A stretch of DNA of 64,000 nucleotides from Octopus bimaculoides (Eukaryota), in assembly GCF_001194135.2 (NCBI RefSeq), contig NC_068982.1, positions 145,149,001-145,213,000 of the forward strand, in the 5' to 3' direction. The translations under genes and the position numbers were made by a program. How positions within the stretch are numbered: the stretch's first letter is position 1; every line of letters starts with the position of its first letter. Shown here piece by piece: positions 25,706-38,385 of this stretch. The notes below the pieces were generated by a model. The model was not told the DNA's origin. It saw nothing but the letters and a program-made list of their open reading frames with translations, and did not search any database.

Positions 25706-26345
25706 AGCGTGCGTGTGTGTATATAACGTACACAAACTATCTCACCACGCATAACATTTACAAATGCCTGGAGTATGTATGTAAAACCAAGTATGTGCGA
25801 ATCTAAAGATATTGAGAATTGCTGATGTATTGCAAAATAAGAAAATGAAAGAAAAATTGTTACACAGTTTAAATAAACAAATTAGTAAATTTTATAAATA
25901 AAATTTGAATTATTACATTTTAAGGATTTAAAAGAAAACGATAAAATCAATTTCATTGGCTGTCAGATAGAAGAATGCGCTGAAGCACTTAAAGGTGACA
26001 ATGATGTACGTGTATACGTATTTGTGTATAAGCAAATGAATAAATGTGAAAAAGAATAATGTTCCCACAAGAAGTATAATACACGTTACAGGAAAATTTG
26101 TGATACACTCCATATGAGGAGTTAGGTTGATGAATATCGTGCACGAAACACTAGGCCACTGAGACACTACTGTAAATGTTTGCCGACTAAAATGGCTAAA
26201 AAATATATAATCACAGTAAAGTATTAAATCGGTCTAAACAAAACTTTCCTTCACATATAATGCTCTTTTCGATTCAAAGTATTTTTATTAAATATTAAAT
26301 TTTGTCTTAGTGCAGAAGTCTAAATCAAATTTATGAAATGTGTTA

Positions 26346-26404
<59 letters not shown>

Positions 26405-26586
26405 GTACATATATATTTATGTATAATCAAAAATTGAAAATATCCATATATCTATATATTTACTGAACAAATTTACATTGAGTACAAGAAATACAGATAG
26501 CTAATGAGATAAAGCATGGTATATCATGGCCGACAGCTGTTTCTTGGGGCTCGGAATTACGTAATAGTTATAATGTTGGCAGAAGG

Positions 26587-27169
26587 AACGTACAGAATGT
26601 CAAGGATATGCAAACGGTAGTAGATGCATATAAACATTACCGTAAAACCGGCCTCCGTCTTCAAGATGGAAATATTGGCAACTAGTTGCTTGTTGAACTC
26701 GTGTCCCTCTTCGTCAGTTCTGCAACTGAATTACATAATTAAAAGTTATGTAAACGACGAATATAAATGAATAATCTTACGGGACAGCAAATATGTACAC
26801 ATGAGCCATTTCAGGTTGTTTTTGATGTTTCAACGTTCGAATTTTGTGAGTATATGTCCATACGTGTGTACAAGTGTGAGCACTCGCGCGTCTAAATATG
26901 TCTGGGTGCGTTAGTGTACGTTAATGTATGTTGGTGTATGCCAGTATGCGGCTGTGGCGTGCACTCACTAGTGTATACATATGGATGTGTGTGTGTGTGT
27001 GTGTATGTGTGTGTGTGTGTGTGTATCTGTGTGTTTGTGTGTGTGTGTGTGTGTGTATGTGTGTGTGTGTTTTATATTGTGAATAGATTTTATTTGAATA
27101 CACCAGAATTGAAAAGAAGATATATTTTCAGATTTCATTGATACATCATTATAACTTATGATGTATTTC

Positions 27170-27220
<51 letters not shown>

Positions 27221-27467
27221 GATACACATGTTTGTGTGTGTGTGTGCGTGTGTGTTTCTATGTACACATATGTATGTATCTATCTATCCGTATCTGTATA
27301 AATGCCTATTTTATAGTGTGCTAGCGTGTGCCCGTATGTAAATAAAACTTTCCTTCCACTAATTCTTTCTTCTCCCCCACTCGTAACTCTTCTGTCAATT
27401 TTTTCTCCTTGTCACACCCTACCGTTTGCATATCCTTGACATTCTGTACGTTTTTTCTCCTTGTCAC
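26587..27467. repeat. Perfect 34-bp inverted repeat; distal copy lies between 17-bp direct repeats
   Basis: 26587-26620 is the reverse complement of 27419-27452; TTTTTTCTCCTTGTCAC at 27399-27415 and 27451-27467. Confidence 0.95.
26641..26719 (-). CDS. Candidate internal exon of an unidentified gene
   Basis: Acceptor aattcagttgcag|A, donor ACG|gtaatg; one open frame (TDEEGHEFNKQLVANISILKTEAGFT, phase 2 to 0), the other two contain stops; no transposon similarity noticed. Confidence 0.4.
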
Positions 27468-27746
27468 GTTTCATCCGCCTCATCTTATCCGAAGCGAGCC
27501 TTCACTTTTTACTGCCTACCTTTCTCCTTTAGCAGGACAAAAAAATACGTATGTTTACAACATATAAACATGCAGCAAAACAACAAAATTTAATACAATA
27601 TATATATATATATGTTTGTACGCATGTATGCGTGTATATAATACAAACACATACACACTCTCACATATGCATATAGCTGCATACATATATGTGTGTGTGT
27701 GTCTATACCTAAATGTGAAACGCTCTCCCCCACACATACACATATA

Positions 27747-27793
27747 CAAAGCCTTGTGAGTGGATTTGTTAAACGGAAATTGAAAGAAGCCCG

Positions 27794-27833
<40 letters not shown>

Positions 27834-28027
27834 GTGTGTGTCTGTGCTTGTCACCCCACCATCCCTTGACAACCGATGTTGGTATGTTTGCGTCCCTGTA
27901 AACAAACCGATAGAATAAGTAATAGGCTTAGAATAAATATGACCTGGTGTCAATTTTTTCGACTGAAAGCAGTGCTCCAGCTTGGCCACAGTCAAATGAC
28001 TGAAAGAAGTAAAACATAAGAATAAAA
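27747..28027 (+). mobile_element. SINE family B 3' part with internal (TA)n(TG)n
   Basis: CAAAGCCTTGTGAGTGGATTTG..GAAAGAAGCCCGTC-(TA)n..CTTGACAACCGATG..GTGCTCCAGC..GACTGAAAGAAGTAAAA. Confidence 0.85.
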
Positions 28028-28519
28028 TTATATGATTTATATATATGATATATGATATATATTATATATATATATAGACAAACATACCTACATACACGCA
28101 CATACACACGCACACACATACACACATATACACACACTCATATATATATATATATATATATATACATGCATGCATGCATACATACAAGTATATGTGTGTG
28201 TTTGAGCATGGGTGTATCTCTGCTTGTGCGTGTGTGTGTATATGTATATTTATAAATACCTTCCAATTCTACGAGTGTTTCAATGTACCAGTATTTTATG
28301 AAAAGTATCTTTAGAAAATACTGATCTATTGAAACATTTGTATATAACTGTAAGGTATTTCTTAATATAACTAAATATACACTCCACTTTTCTTTCGATG
28401 AATTCCTGTTTTGAGTTGTAGTCTTCTCAGATGTTTTTCAAGAACGATAAAGTTATCTATTTACGCACCCATACACACGCTCATACCCCCCCACACATAC
28501 ACCCACACACACATGACAC

Positions 28520-28551
<32 letters not shown>

Positions 28552-28602
28552 GTATATATACGTATGTATAAGTATATGTATATATGTCTCAATGAATATA
28601 TG

Positions 28603-28639
<37 letters not shown>

Positions 28640-28691
28640 TACGTTATATATATACTGTATATACATATGTACGCNNNNNNNNNNTAAAACG

Positions 28692-28729
<38 letters not shown>

Positions 28730-29289
28730 CGTAATATGTGTTTTTGTATATATACTTATCTTGTAAAACCAAAAAGAAAACGTTAGAAAAAATAAGAAGA
28801 CAAACTGAGTTCAGAATCAATATTATCAGCTTGTTTCTCAGGGGAACATAAAGAAGTAATTGCTATGTGTTTCGGACATTGCCCGTCGTCTGACAGTAGA
28901 AAAAGAAATGAAGAGAGACGGGAAGAAAGTAGAAAATGATAGAGGAGAAGAAAAAGCCGTATTACTGGCATGTGTTTATGTACGTCGAGATGTATTGATA
29001 GATAAATGGATACAGAAAAGGTTAGGGGAAGAGAGAGAGAAAGAAAGACAAAAATTACTGCAACTAATCACTGACGACAAGAATTTGATGTAAATCCTAT
29101 CAGTTTGACTAGGGACAAATCTGTTAGTCTTGTGGGGATCGTGAAGATGAATACAAACACACACATATACACTCACACACACACACACACACACACATAC
29201 ACACATACACATACGCACACACACACCTACGCGCGCGCGCACAAACACGCACACACACACTTATAGATATATAGTATATATTATATATA

Positions 29290-29508
29290 CAGGGGTGGGG
29301 TGCTGAAGTGTTCCTGACTTTGGATGAAAGAAAATGCAGAAGGATCAGTTAATATGATTTTTATACATCATATTCCTCTCTCAGATTCGTGCACTTATCA
29401 CAGGGGTCTTTCGGGTTTTCTAAGCCCTGTAAAAGAACTCGGAAGGTTGGACCTCCAGGCAAGCCTTTCACGATACTCTTGAAGCAAGAACTCTTTAGCA
29501 CTCTCTCG
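29290..29508 (-). mobile_element. Mariner-derived MITE
   Basis: Imperfect TIRs GGGGTGCTGAAGTGTTCCTGACTTT / GAAGCAAGAACTCTTTAGCACTCTCTCG flanked by TA; internal minus-strand LQGLENPKDPCDKCTNLREEYDV* is the mariner C-terminus. Confidence 0.7.
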
Positions 29509-29670
29509 TATATACATATATACGTATCCCACCCCATATATATCAATTCAACACGTTCAAGAAGTCGCAACACTGTGAGACATTTTCTCACTCTTCACCG
29601 TCTAACAGATACCATGGGGAAAATTGTTTGTTGGCTTGTATAGCTTAAATGTGATGTAATATTCACCCAT

Positions 29671-30103
29671 AGAAGGTGACGAGCTGACAGAAACGTTAGC
29701 ACGCCGGGTGAAATACTTAACGGTATTTCGTCTGCCGTTACGTTCTGAGTTCAAATTCTGCCGAGGTCGACTTTGCCTTTCATCCTTTCGAGGTTGATAA
29801 ATTAAGTACCAGTTACGCACTGGTGTCAGTGTAATCGACTTAATCCCTTTGTCTGTCCTTGTTTGTCCCCTCTGTGTTTAGCCCCTTGTGGGCAATAAAG
29901 AAATAAGAAACGTTAGCACGCCCGGCGAAATGCTTAGCGGTATTTCATTTGTCTTTACGTTCTGAGTTCAAATTCCGTCGAGCTTGACTTTGCCTTTCAG
30001 CATTTCGCGGTCGATGAATTAAATACCTCCTGCGTACTGGGGTCGATATAATCGACTGGACCTCTCCCTCAAAATTTCGGGCCTTGTGCCTAGAGTAGAA
30101 AAG
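29671..30103 (+). mobile_element. Dimeric SINE family A with 13-bp TSD
   Basis: Two tandem tRNA-like monomers joined by a fixed linker; TSD AATATTCACCCAT at 29658-29670 and 30104-30116. Confidence 0.9.
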
Positions 30104-30144
30104 AATATTCACCCATGGGTAGAGAGAGAAAGAGAGAGAAAGAG

Positions 30145-30193
<49 letters not shown>

Positions 30194-30342
30194 AAGAGAG
30201 AAACAGAGAGAGAGAGAGAGAAAGAGAGAAGGTGAGGTAGGGGAAGGAGAGATTATTTAGAACTGCAAGAATCACGTTTTGAAATGGCAGAGATTTCAAT
30301 CACAACAATAAACAACAAACGACAAGAAATTAACGCAATAAT

Positions 30343-30700
30343 GAGATTACTTATAACAAGAACTATAAGAACAAGAAGAACAACAGCGACAAAGACTGCA
30401 GCAACGGCAGCAAGAGCAAATACGACGGAGAAGAAGAAATTTGATTCTTAGTAAAACCGAGATTATAAACAACAACAATACCAGCAAAAACAACACCAAC
30501 GTATAGCAGTAAGAGCAACAATAACCGCGACAAAACGTTAAAAAAGAACGGCCCATAGCAGTAGCGAGATTATACGTAGCAGCAACAATAAACACAACAA
30601 AGTCAACTGAAACATCAATAGTAAAAGCGAAAGCTACAACAACAAAAGCAGCCCTTAGCAATAGCGAGATTATAAATAAAAGCAACAATAGCCCTCCATA
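30343..30700 (+). repeat. Degenerate (AAC/AGC)-rich repeat with a recurrent GAGATTA motif about every 100-116 bp
   Basis: GAGATTA at 30343, 30459, 30565 and 30666. Confidence 0.6.
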
Positions 30701-31772
30701 CAAATGCATACATACATACATACATGCATGCATGCATACATACACACACATATATACACACAAAACTAGGATTAGTCAAACTAGAGAGTTTGAGCTTGCC
30801 AGAATAAATCGGGAAGAGGAGAAAAAAGCGCTCTTTAACGATTCTTTTTCTGTATATATATATATANNNNNNNNNNNNNNNNNNNNNNNNNNNNNNNNNN
30901 NNNNNNNNNNNNNNNNNNNNNNNNNNNNNNNNNNNNNNNNNNNNNNNNNNNNNNNNNNNNNNNNNNNNNNNNNNNNNNNNNNNNNNNNNNNNNNTATATA
31001 CATATGTGTGTGTGTATGTACCTGTGTGTATATACGCACCTGAATGCAGGGCGGCGGTGGAAGCAGTTAGGCAAGGAGGAAGTGGGAGAAATAAAGGGAG
31101 ATAAGAAAGTAGGCAAAAAGATTAGAAATTGTACTGCGTTAGTAGTGTAGCTAAAACGGCTGACAAAATCGTTAGAACTCTAACGATTCTGTCACGTCGC
31201 CATCTTATCATTATTTATGATATAAAGACTAGCAATGAGCAAACAAAAGATCCCCGGTACGATGGCTCGATCTGTTAAAAATACCAGTCAATTCACTTTC
31301 AAATCACACCTTAACTAAACGTCTTGGGAAAGGAAGGTTCTGCAATAAGACAAGACGGTTAGGGATGCTTTGCGGCGGGAAATGCCTTATGTGATATATC
31401 GGATGAATCGGAGCTGACCAGCAGCTAAAAGATAACAAAAACAACAACGAAAACGACAACAGCAACAACAACACTTGATAAAAAACATGATGTTACCAGA
31501 AGTCGGTGTGTCTGCGTATATGTATGTGTGTATAGGTGCATTGTGTATGTATGAACATCTGTGCCTACATATGTGAAAGTGTGTGTATATGTATATGTTC
31601 ATGTTTGCGTCTGCGACTTTGAAAATGTGTGAGAATAGCGATATGTAGAAATAATGGCAAAATAGATAAAAGTACACAGAGCAACTACTCATTAAACGGA
31701 AAGCGCTCAAGGGAGAAACAATTCTGTTAAAACGTTCAGCTACCTATCAATACATCTAGTATGCTACCACAA

Positions 31773-31821
<49 letters not shown>

Positions 31822-32543
31822 CCATGAACATATATACATGCAAACACAAACACGCCTGCATATACGTGTGAGTGTATATACGTATAAATATATACATATA
31901 TACACTCACACATATATGCGGGTGTGTTTGTGCATGCATGTATATATACACACACACACATACAAATACATAATGGGAACTGCGTATAATATACCAAGCA
32001 ACTAATGTTATCAAAATCAGTGGATCTCAAAATCTTTATGTAATATTTATTTAAAGTTATTAGTTTATTAGAAACAAAGCTGCCTGATATGGCTCTGAAA
32101 ATTTTCAAATATACTGCTGCTCCTCAGCCACTATACTATAATCAATGCAGCGATCAAAAGAAACTCACGCTGGCTACGGAAATGTGTTATGTGTATGGTG
32201 ATAGTGGGATGGCATTTTTATTGCTGCTGAGATTAAGGGAATTAGTGGCGTGTTAAATTGATCTGTCTGGTTCTATTTGCCTACTATTTGCGTTTGTGTG
32301 TTTGACTGCCTGTGTATGCGTATATGCATAAGTAAAGACTGTGTGGCTTCCATAACACACACACACACGTATATGTATGTAACTGCCTTTTCTTTACGAA
32401 CATGTGGATTTCGGTGAATATTTGAGATTATCTCTTCCCATTTGGAGTCGGCCAAATTCGCCACGGGGTATTTCTTTTACTTATATATATAGAAGCGAAG
32501 ACAATTTCAATAAGCCACGATTTTATCTTGTATTGAATTTGAT

Positions 32544-32575
<32 letters not shown>

Positions 32576-32758
32576 NNNNNNNNNNNNNNNNNNNNNNNNN
32601 NNNNNNNNNNNNNNNNNNNNNNNNNNNNNNNNNNNNNNNNNNNNNNNNNNNNNNNNNNNNNNNNNNNNNNNNNNNNNNNNNNNNNNNNNNNNNNNNNNNN
32701 NNNNNNNNNNNNNNNNNNNNNNNNNNNNNNNNNNNNNATATATATACAATTATATATG

Positions 32759-32807
<49 letters not shown>

Positions 32808-32977
32808 ATATATATATACATATGTATGCATACTAAACAAATGAAGGGATAAAAATGATATTGCATTACGATCATTTCAATAGCTAGTAGTAACATTTTG
32901 TCAATTTATACATTAGTTTGTACGCATAAGAAATTATGTATATCCATATAATAATCAATTAATGAGATTGTTTCCAG

Positions 32978-33705
32978 TCATCTAAGACCTCTCAAAATTA
33001 CTGTAGTGTCAGAATTTCCAACAACTATATTGTTAGATATTATGATGTGTATGTATGTATGTTCACCCCATCCAGGAGATATTTCAGTAGATGGATTAGA
33101 TTAGTAAGGCACATGTCGGATTATTTTCTTTGACGTGGTACAAACAAGCCAGCGCCTTTGGCCTGACAGGTCAACATGTTTCAAGTATAATTTTTAAGCA
33201 TCTATAGAAATGGAGAGAAAGGAATTTATGAGGTAACCCAGAAATTTCATATAGCAGTTTACTGTTACAATCTCAAACTTGCCAATGACGAGGATTGTTA
33301 CAATGGAGGTACTTAATAAATTAGTACATACCTCAGTAATCAAGTGCTGATAATAATGAGTCATCTACAATTAAATTGAAATTAAATTAAAACAATTGTT
33401 AAGGATTAAATTAGGTACATTATTTCAGAAATGTGTGACTGGTTGTTTACACAAAAGGAAAGTTTGGAAATCAATACGGTAACGTCACTATCCTCAATAT
33501 TAGTTGAATCAAGGTAACTGCGAGGAATCTTCATGCGGAAATTTTAAGAAGGTTTTATTAAAGAAGTAGGAGCACCGGATAAATAACTCATTACGCTAAT
33601 TAAATTAGACGATTACGCTTCCTATTTTTTCCTCCGCAGTATATCTATGGATTCATTTTCTAATGTGTGCATTTTAAAGACAACAGGGGGCAATTTAGAG
33701 GTTTG
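32978..33705 (+). mobile_element. Very old R4-like LINE RT remnant (tentative)
   Basis: One frame, broken by stops, gives LANDEDCYNG and CDWLFTQKESLEINT, which align with R4-type LGQDENISYNG and LDWT.DEI..IDIKT as I recall them. Confidence 0.45.
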
Positions 33706-34274
33706 GTAATCATTTTTAGAACATGGAACTTCCGCATAAAAACTCCTTTGCTGGTTCCTCTTCATATAGTTTATAGTTATTGTTGTTTTTTTATAACATC
33801 GGGTAAACTGTGATCAAACATTGATAGAAACAAATGTCTTCTAACCTTAGCTATTACTCCTAATTTGTTGATCACATGATATCCTCAGCCAAATGTTTTA
33901 ACTACAAGTAAACTTTTATCAAATAAACTTTTATCCTGACCGTTCAATTTAATTTGCGATGAAGGCAGTGTAAGATGTTTTCATCTAGGTCTTGTGGCTT
34001 AAAACCAGATTAGAAATGATAGGAAAAAAACATTCATCAAAAGTACTTCAGCCGTGATCAGCCTGTCGTTTTAAATGTATATCTAGAATTAATTTTTTTC
34101 GTTTCTTGTTTAAGTCAGTAGAATACGATTTGAAGGAGTTTTGATGGTTAATTCTGTTTAGAAACTCGAGCAGATCTCAGTGATTTTTGTACTCAGAATA
34201 CAGAGCGGGAACAAACAACGAGCACAAACACATACGCATACCATTACAAACATATACGCATGCCATTACACGCG

Positions 34275-34305
<31 letters not shown>

Positions 34306-34570
34306 GCATACACACACACACACACACACACACNNNNNNNNNNNNNNNNNNNNNNNNNNNNNNNNNNNNNNNNNNNNNNNNNNNNNNNNNNNNNNNNNNN
34401 NNNNNNNNNNNNNNNNNNNNNNNNNNNNNNNNNNNNNNNNNNNNNNNNNNNNNNNNNNNNNNNNNNNNNNNNNNNNNNNNNNNNNNNNNNNNNNNNNNNN
34501 NNNNNNNNNNNNNNNNNNNNNNNNNNNNNNNNNNNNNNNNNNNNNNNNNNNNNNNNNNNNNNNNNNNCGT

Positions 34571-34616
<46 letters not shown>

Positions 34617-34995
34617 AGGCACACGCACACACACACATACACACACACACACACTATATATATATATAAATATATATATATATGTGTGTGTGTGTGTGTA
34701 TGTATGAAAGCTCACTAACACAGACTTTATTTATGATGTCCCGGATGCCGGCAACTCCGGGGTTTCCGTGACGTGAAGTCGCTTATTTTGACAAGTTAAA
34801 CGGAGCGAAGAGACACACCTCATCGATCTGATGGCGGAAACATTACAAAACAAACAAAAAAAAATTGTGCAAATAACAATGCTGTATATATTCGTATGTA
34901 CATATGTGTGTACGTGTATATATTATGTGTGTGTGTGTGCATGTGTGTATGTGTATATACATACATACGCAAGTATAAAGTGAACGGTGATGTAA

Positions 34996-35216
34996 AATAT
35001 TGGTTTCAAATTTTAGCACAAGGTCAGTGACTTTGGGGTAGGGGCACAGTCGATTGCATCGATTCCAATGCTCAACTGTTACTTATTATATTGACCCCCA
35101 CTAAAGTATGAAAGGTAAAGTCGGCCATGGCAAAATTTGAAATCAGAATGTAAAGACAGACGAGATGTTGCTAAGCATATTTCCCGGCGTGCTAATGATT
35201 CTGAGATATTGCCGCA
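34996..35216 (-). mobile_element. SINE family A monomer
   Basis: Minus strand has head, B-box region and tail CCTTGTGCTAAAATTTGAAACCAATATT. Confidence 0.8.
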
Positions 35217-35733
35217 TGGGAGGTGTAAAAATATTATAGCAAGTGTTTATATTGAAAATGTCGTTGTGTTTACATCTATCTATATTCATTTTATTTGGCC
35301 GATATAGCGTAGATTCAACTTCTTCGTAAATCACGCAATTTTAACAGAACAAAAAAGAAATGTTCAAGATTTATATTAACAAAAAAAAAAAAATGTACAA
35401 AAAAACGTTTCAGATTATATTTTACTCACGCGCAAACAAATTTCTTTGTTTGTACCATCATTTTTCTTTAGTATTCACCTCCACCCCACCAGTGCTCGAA
35501 ATTAATATTGGTTACTTTTCATTTCATTTTTCTTGTTCTTCTGCTTACGTACATTGTTCATACAACCATTATTTATAAAATCAGCTGGGCTGATATCTAT
35601 TTTTTTTTAATATCAACTTTATCNNNNNNNNNNCACACACACACACACAGAGAGAGGCACACATGAACACACACACACACACACACACATACACACACAC
35701 ACAGAGGCACACATGCACACACACACATATAAG

Positions 35734-36176
35734 CGAAGGAGTACCCAAAAGAAACCGGTATTTTGCAATATCATTTTATTCATTTAGTTTTAATATTTAC
35801 ACTTTTATTGTCTTCAAAGTATTCTCCATTTGAAGCAATGCATCGGTCCATACTCGTTTTCTACTGTTCGAAGCAGACCTAGAACTCCTGTGATGTGATG
35901 CCTTTTAAGGCTACTGTCGTTTCTTCCTTCACCGCTTCCACATCTGCAAATTCCGTAGCCCCAGCTTATGTCATCAGTGATAACCTTCGAAAAAACTTCC
36001 GGATCAACCTCCAAGTGTTCTTTCAGTTGACGACATGCATTCAGTGGTGACCACTTTTGATCTTCTGTGAGTACTGAACCACGCCGGTCAGCAGACTGAT
36101 GCCTGAGGGTCACATTAAGTAGCTTTTAGCAGTGGAAGCTAGAACAACAACGGGCTTGTCCCACAGAACGTTTCCG
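35734..36176 (-). mobile_element. Internally deleted mariner element
   Basis: VLTEDQK..LNACRQLKEHLEVDPEVFSKVITDDISWGYG fused directly to FADVEAVKEETTVALKGITSQEF*VCFEQ*KTSMDRCIASNGEYFED; TIR-like CGAAGGAGTACCCAAAAGAAACCGG. Confidence 0.85.
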
Positions 36177-37371
36177 NNNNNNNNNNNNNNNNNNNNNNNN
36201 NNNNNNNNNNNNNNNNNNNNNNNNNNNNNNNNNNNNNNNNNNNNNNNNNNNNNNNNNNNNNNNNNNNNNNNNNNNNNNNNNNNNNNNNNNNNNNNNNNNN
36301 NNNNNNNNNNNNNNNNNNNNNNNNNNNNNNNNNNNNNNNNNNNNNNNNNNNNNNNNNNNNNNNNNNNNNNNNNNNNNNNNNNNNNNNNNNNNNNNNNNNN
36401 NNNNNNNNNNNNNNNNNNNNNNNNNNNNNNNNNNNNNNNNNNNNNNNNNNNNNNNNNNNNNNNNNNNNNNNNNNNNNNNNNNNNNNNNNNNNNNNNNNNN
36501 NNNNNNNNNNNNNNNNNNNNNNNNNNNNNNNNNNNNNNNNNNNNNNNNNNNNNNNNNNNNNNNNNNNNNNNNNNNNNNNNNNNNNNNNNNNNNNNNNNNN
36601 NNNNNNNNNNNNNNNNNNNNNNNNNNNNNNNNNNNNNNNNNNNNNNNNNNNNNNNNNNNNNNNNNNNNNNNNNNNNNNNNNNNNNNNNNNNNNNNNNNNN
36701 NNNNNNNNNNNNNNNNNNNNNNNNNNNNNNNNNNNNNNNNNNNNNNNNNNNNNNNNNNNNNNNNNNNNNNNNNNNNNNNNNNNNNNNNNNNNNNNNNNNN
36801 NNNNNNNNNNNNNNNNNNNNNNNNNNNNNNNNNNNNNNNNNNNNNNNNNNNNNNNNNNNNNNNNNNNNNNNNNNNNNNNNNNNNNNNNNNNNNNNNNNNN
36901 NNNNNNNNNNNNNNNNNNNNNNNNNNNNNNNNNNNNNNNNNNNNNNNNNNNNNNNNNNNNNNNNNNNNNNNNNNTATACACATACTTATATACTTACATG
37001 TATGTACAACATACGTATATACACATACTTTTCTGAAACGATTTTCCTGCTGATTTATATTATTTGATGTTCTTAAACTAGCTTAATACCGAGTGCATCA
37101 TAGCAGTAGCAGCTAAAACGTTTTCAAGTCTCTCCAAGTTGATTATTGAAGTAGTATAGTCATAGGAGAAATGGCCACATCGTAGACTCTTTGAGGCTAG
37201 TGGGAGAAAGGAATGAATTTTTTCTCAGAACAAAGATCTATTTCGGATGCGTGTTATAGAGTGAATTCAGTTCAAGTCACTCAAATTTCAGGTGGTTCTG
37301 TCAAACCGATGGATTGTGCTTTTTTTTCGTCTGGTCACCAGACAACACCATGAAACTCCGTTCTTTATTTA

Positions 37372-37523
37372 CAGGGGGTGGACAATATAATGGAAACATC
37401 TTAAAATTTCAAGCAGATTTATTTTAATATGTTTAAAAATAAACAAGCTTTTGATGGCTTTATAGATATTTCAAAATTACGATGCTATGTTGCTAGGTGT
37501 TTCCATTATTTGTCCAACCCCTG
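37372..37523. mobile_element. Tc1/mariner-type MITE (152 bp)
   Basis: TIRs CAGGGGGTGGACAATATAATGGAAACA / TGTTTCCATTATTTGTCCAACCCCTG, preceded by TA. Confidence 0.85.
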
Positions 37524-37609
37524 CACATACCTAGTTCCCAAATTTCATGTTGTATATATTAGCTATCTTAAATATCTGCTAATAACCTCAATATAGTCTT
37601 TTATCAGAT

Positions 37610-38385
37610 TGCACGAGTCTCTAAAAAAATATCAGATATTACTTGTTGTTCAGTACAACACTAGTGGCCGATATAGCCTGTCATGCCTTGAGTAACAATT
37701 GCGGAGATGAGTGGAATGTTAGCATAAATCTTCTCTTCGGTCCTGTGCTCACATGAAACGTTTACTGCTACTCAAGAACAGATCATGTAAATGTAGGGCT
37801 AGAAAGTGTGGTAAGGAGACTGACCTGTGTATGTACTGCATTCTGGTAATTACAGGTTATCAAATTGATTTACTTGTACACAATACAGACTTGGCTATGC
37901 GACAAGTTGTTTGCGTGCTAGAATTTCGAGATGAGTATTTTGTAATTGTGTTTCTAGTAGAGACTGGAGAGAGAGCATTGCTAATGTCGATGGTAGTTAA
38001 AATGTTTCAGGTGGGAGACTTTTGGTTGTTGAAGAAAATATTGCGTGTTCTGTGTTAAGAATATGGAGAGTTTGGTCGTGATTGAAATAACCTGAATCGG
38101 TATTGAGATTTGGGGACGGGTATGTGTGGATGTGAGGGTTAGCGATGTCAAAGATTAGGGTTTCTAGAACATTTTAGAACGTGTATACGAAGATAATGAG
38201 TCTGTACTACTTGTTGCAAGTTTTAACATTGCTGTAATTGATTCTGAGTATTAACAACGTTGGTACTAGTTACTGTTATCAGTGAGTGCAAGGATTCCTT
38301 CAGACTGCAGGTATTTCAGGTGTATTGTGATTTTGTCTGATTGAGGCTTTTGGCATTTTAGATTTCCCAAGTGAAGTCTGGGTGT
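37610..38385 (-). mobile_element. Decayed RTE-like LINE
   Basis: Minus strand VNVSCEHRTEEKIYANIPLISAIVTQGMTGYIGH*CCTEQQVISDIF resembles RTE LNVSW..H.TN..LYGN.P.IS......RL...GH.WR; the upstream part is assigned only by strand asymmetry. Confidence 0.55.

Noticed and set aside
32978-33705. Four-exon phase-consistent plus-strand gene model with superficial Link-domain (CD44-like YCYN..EDC) resemblance
   Set aside because: Two of the introns are multiples of 3 and read through in the same frame, one junction needs a weak AAG acceptor, and the motifs fit a decayed R4-like RT better. Not fully excluded without RNA-seq
37654-37810. Plus-strand exon candidate with good splice sites and one in-frame TGA
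   Set aside because: Antisense to a decayed RTE-like LINE
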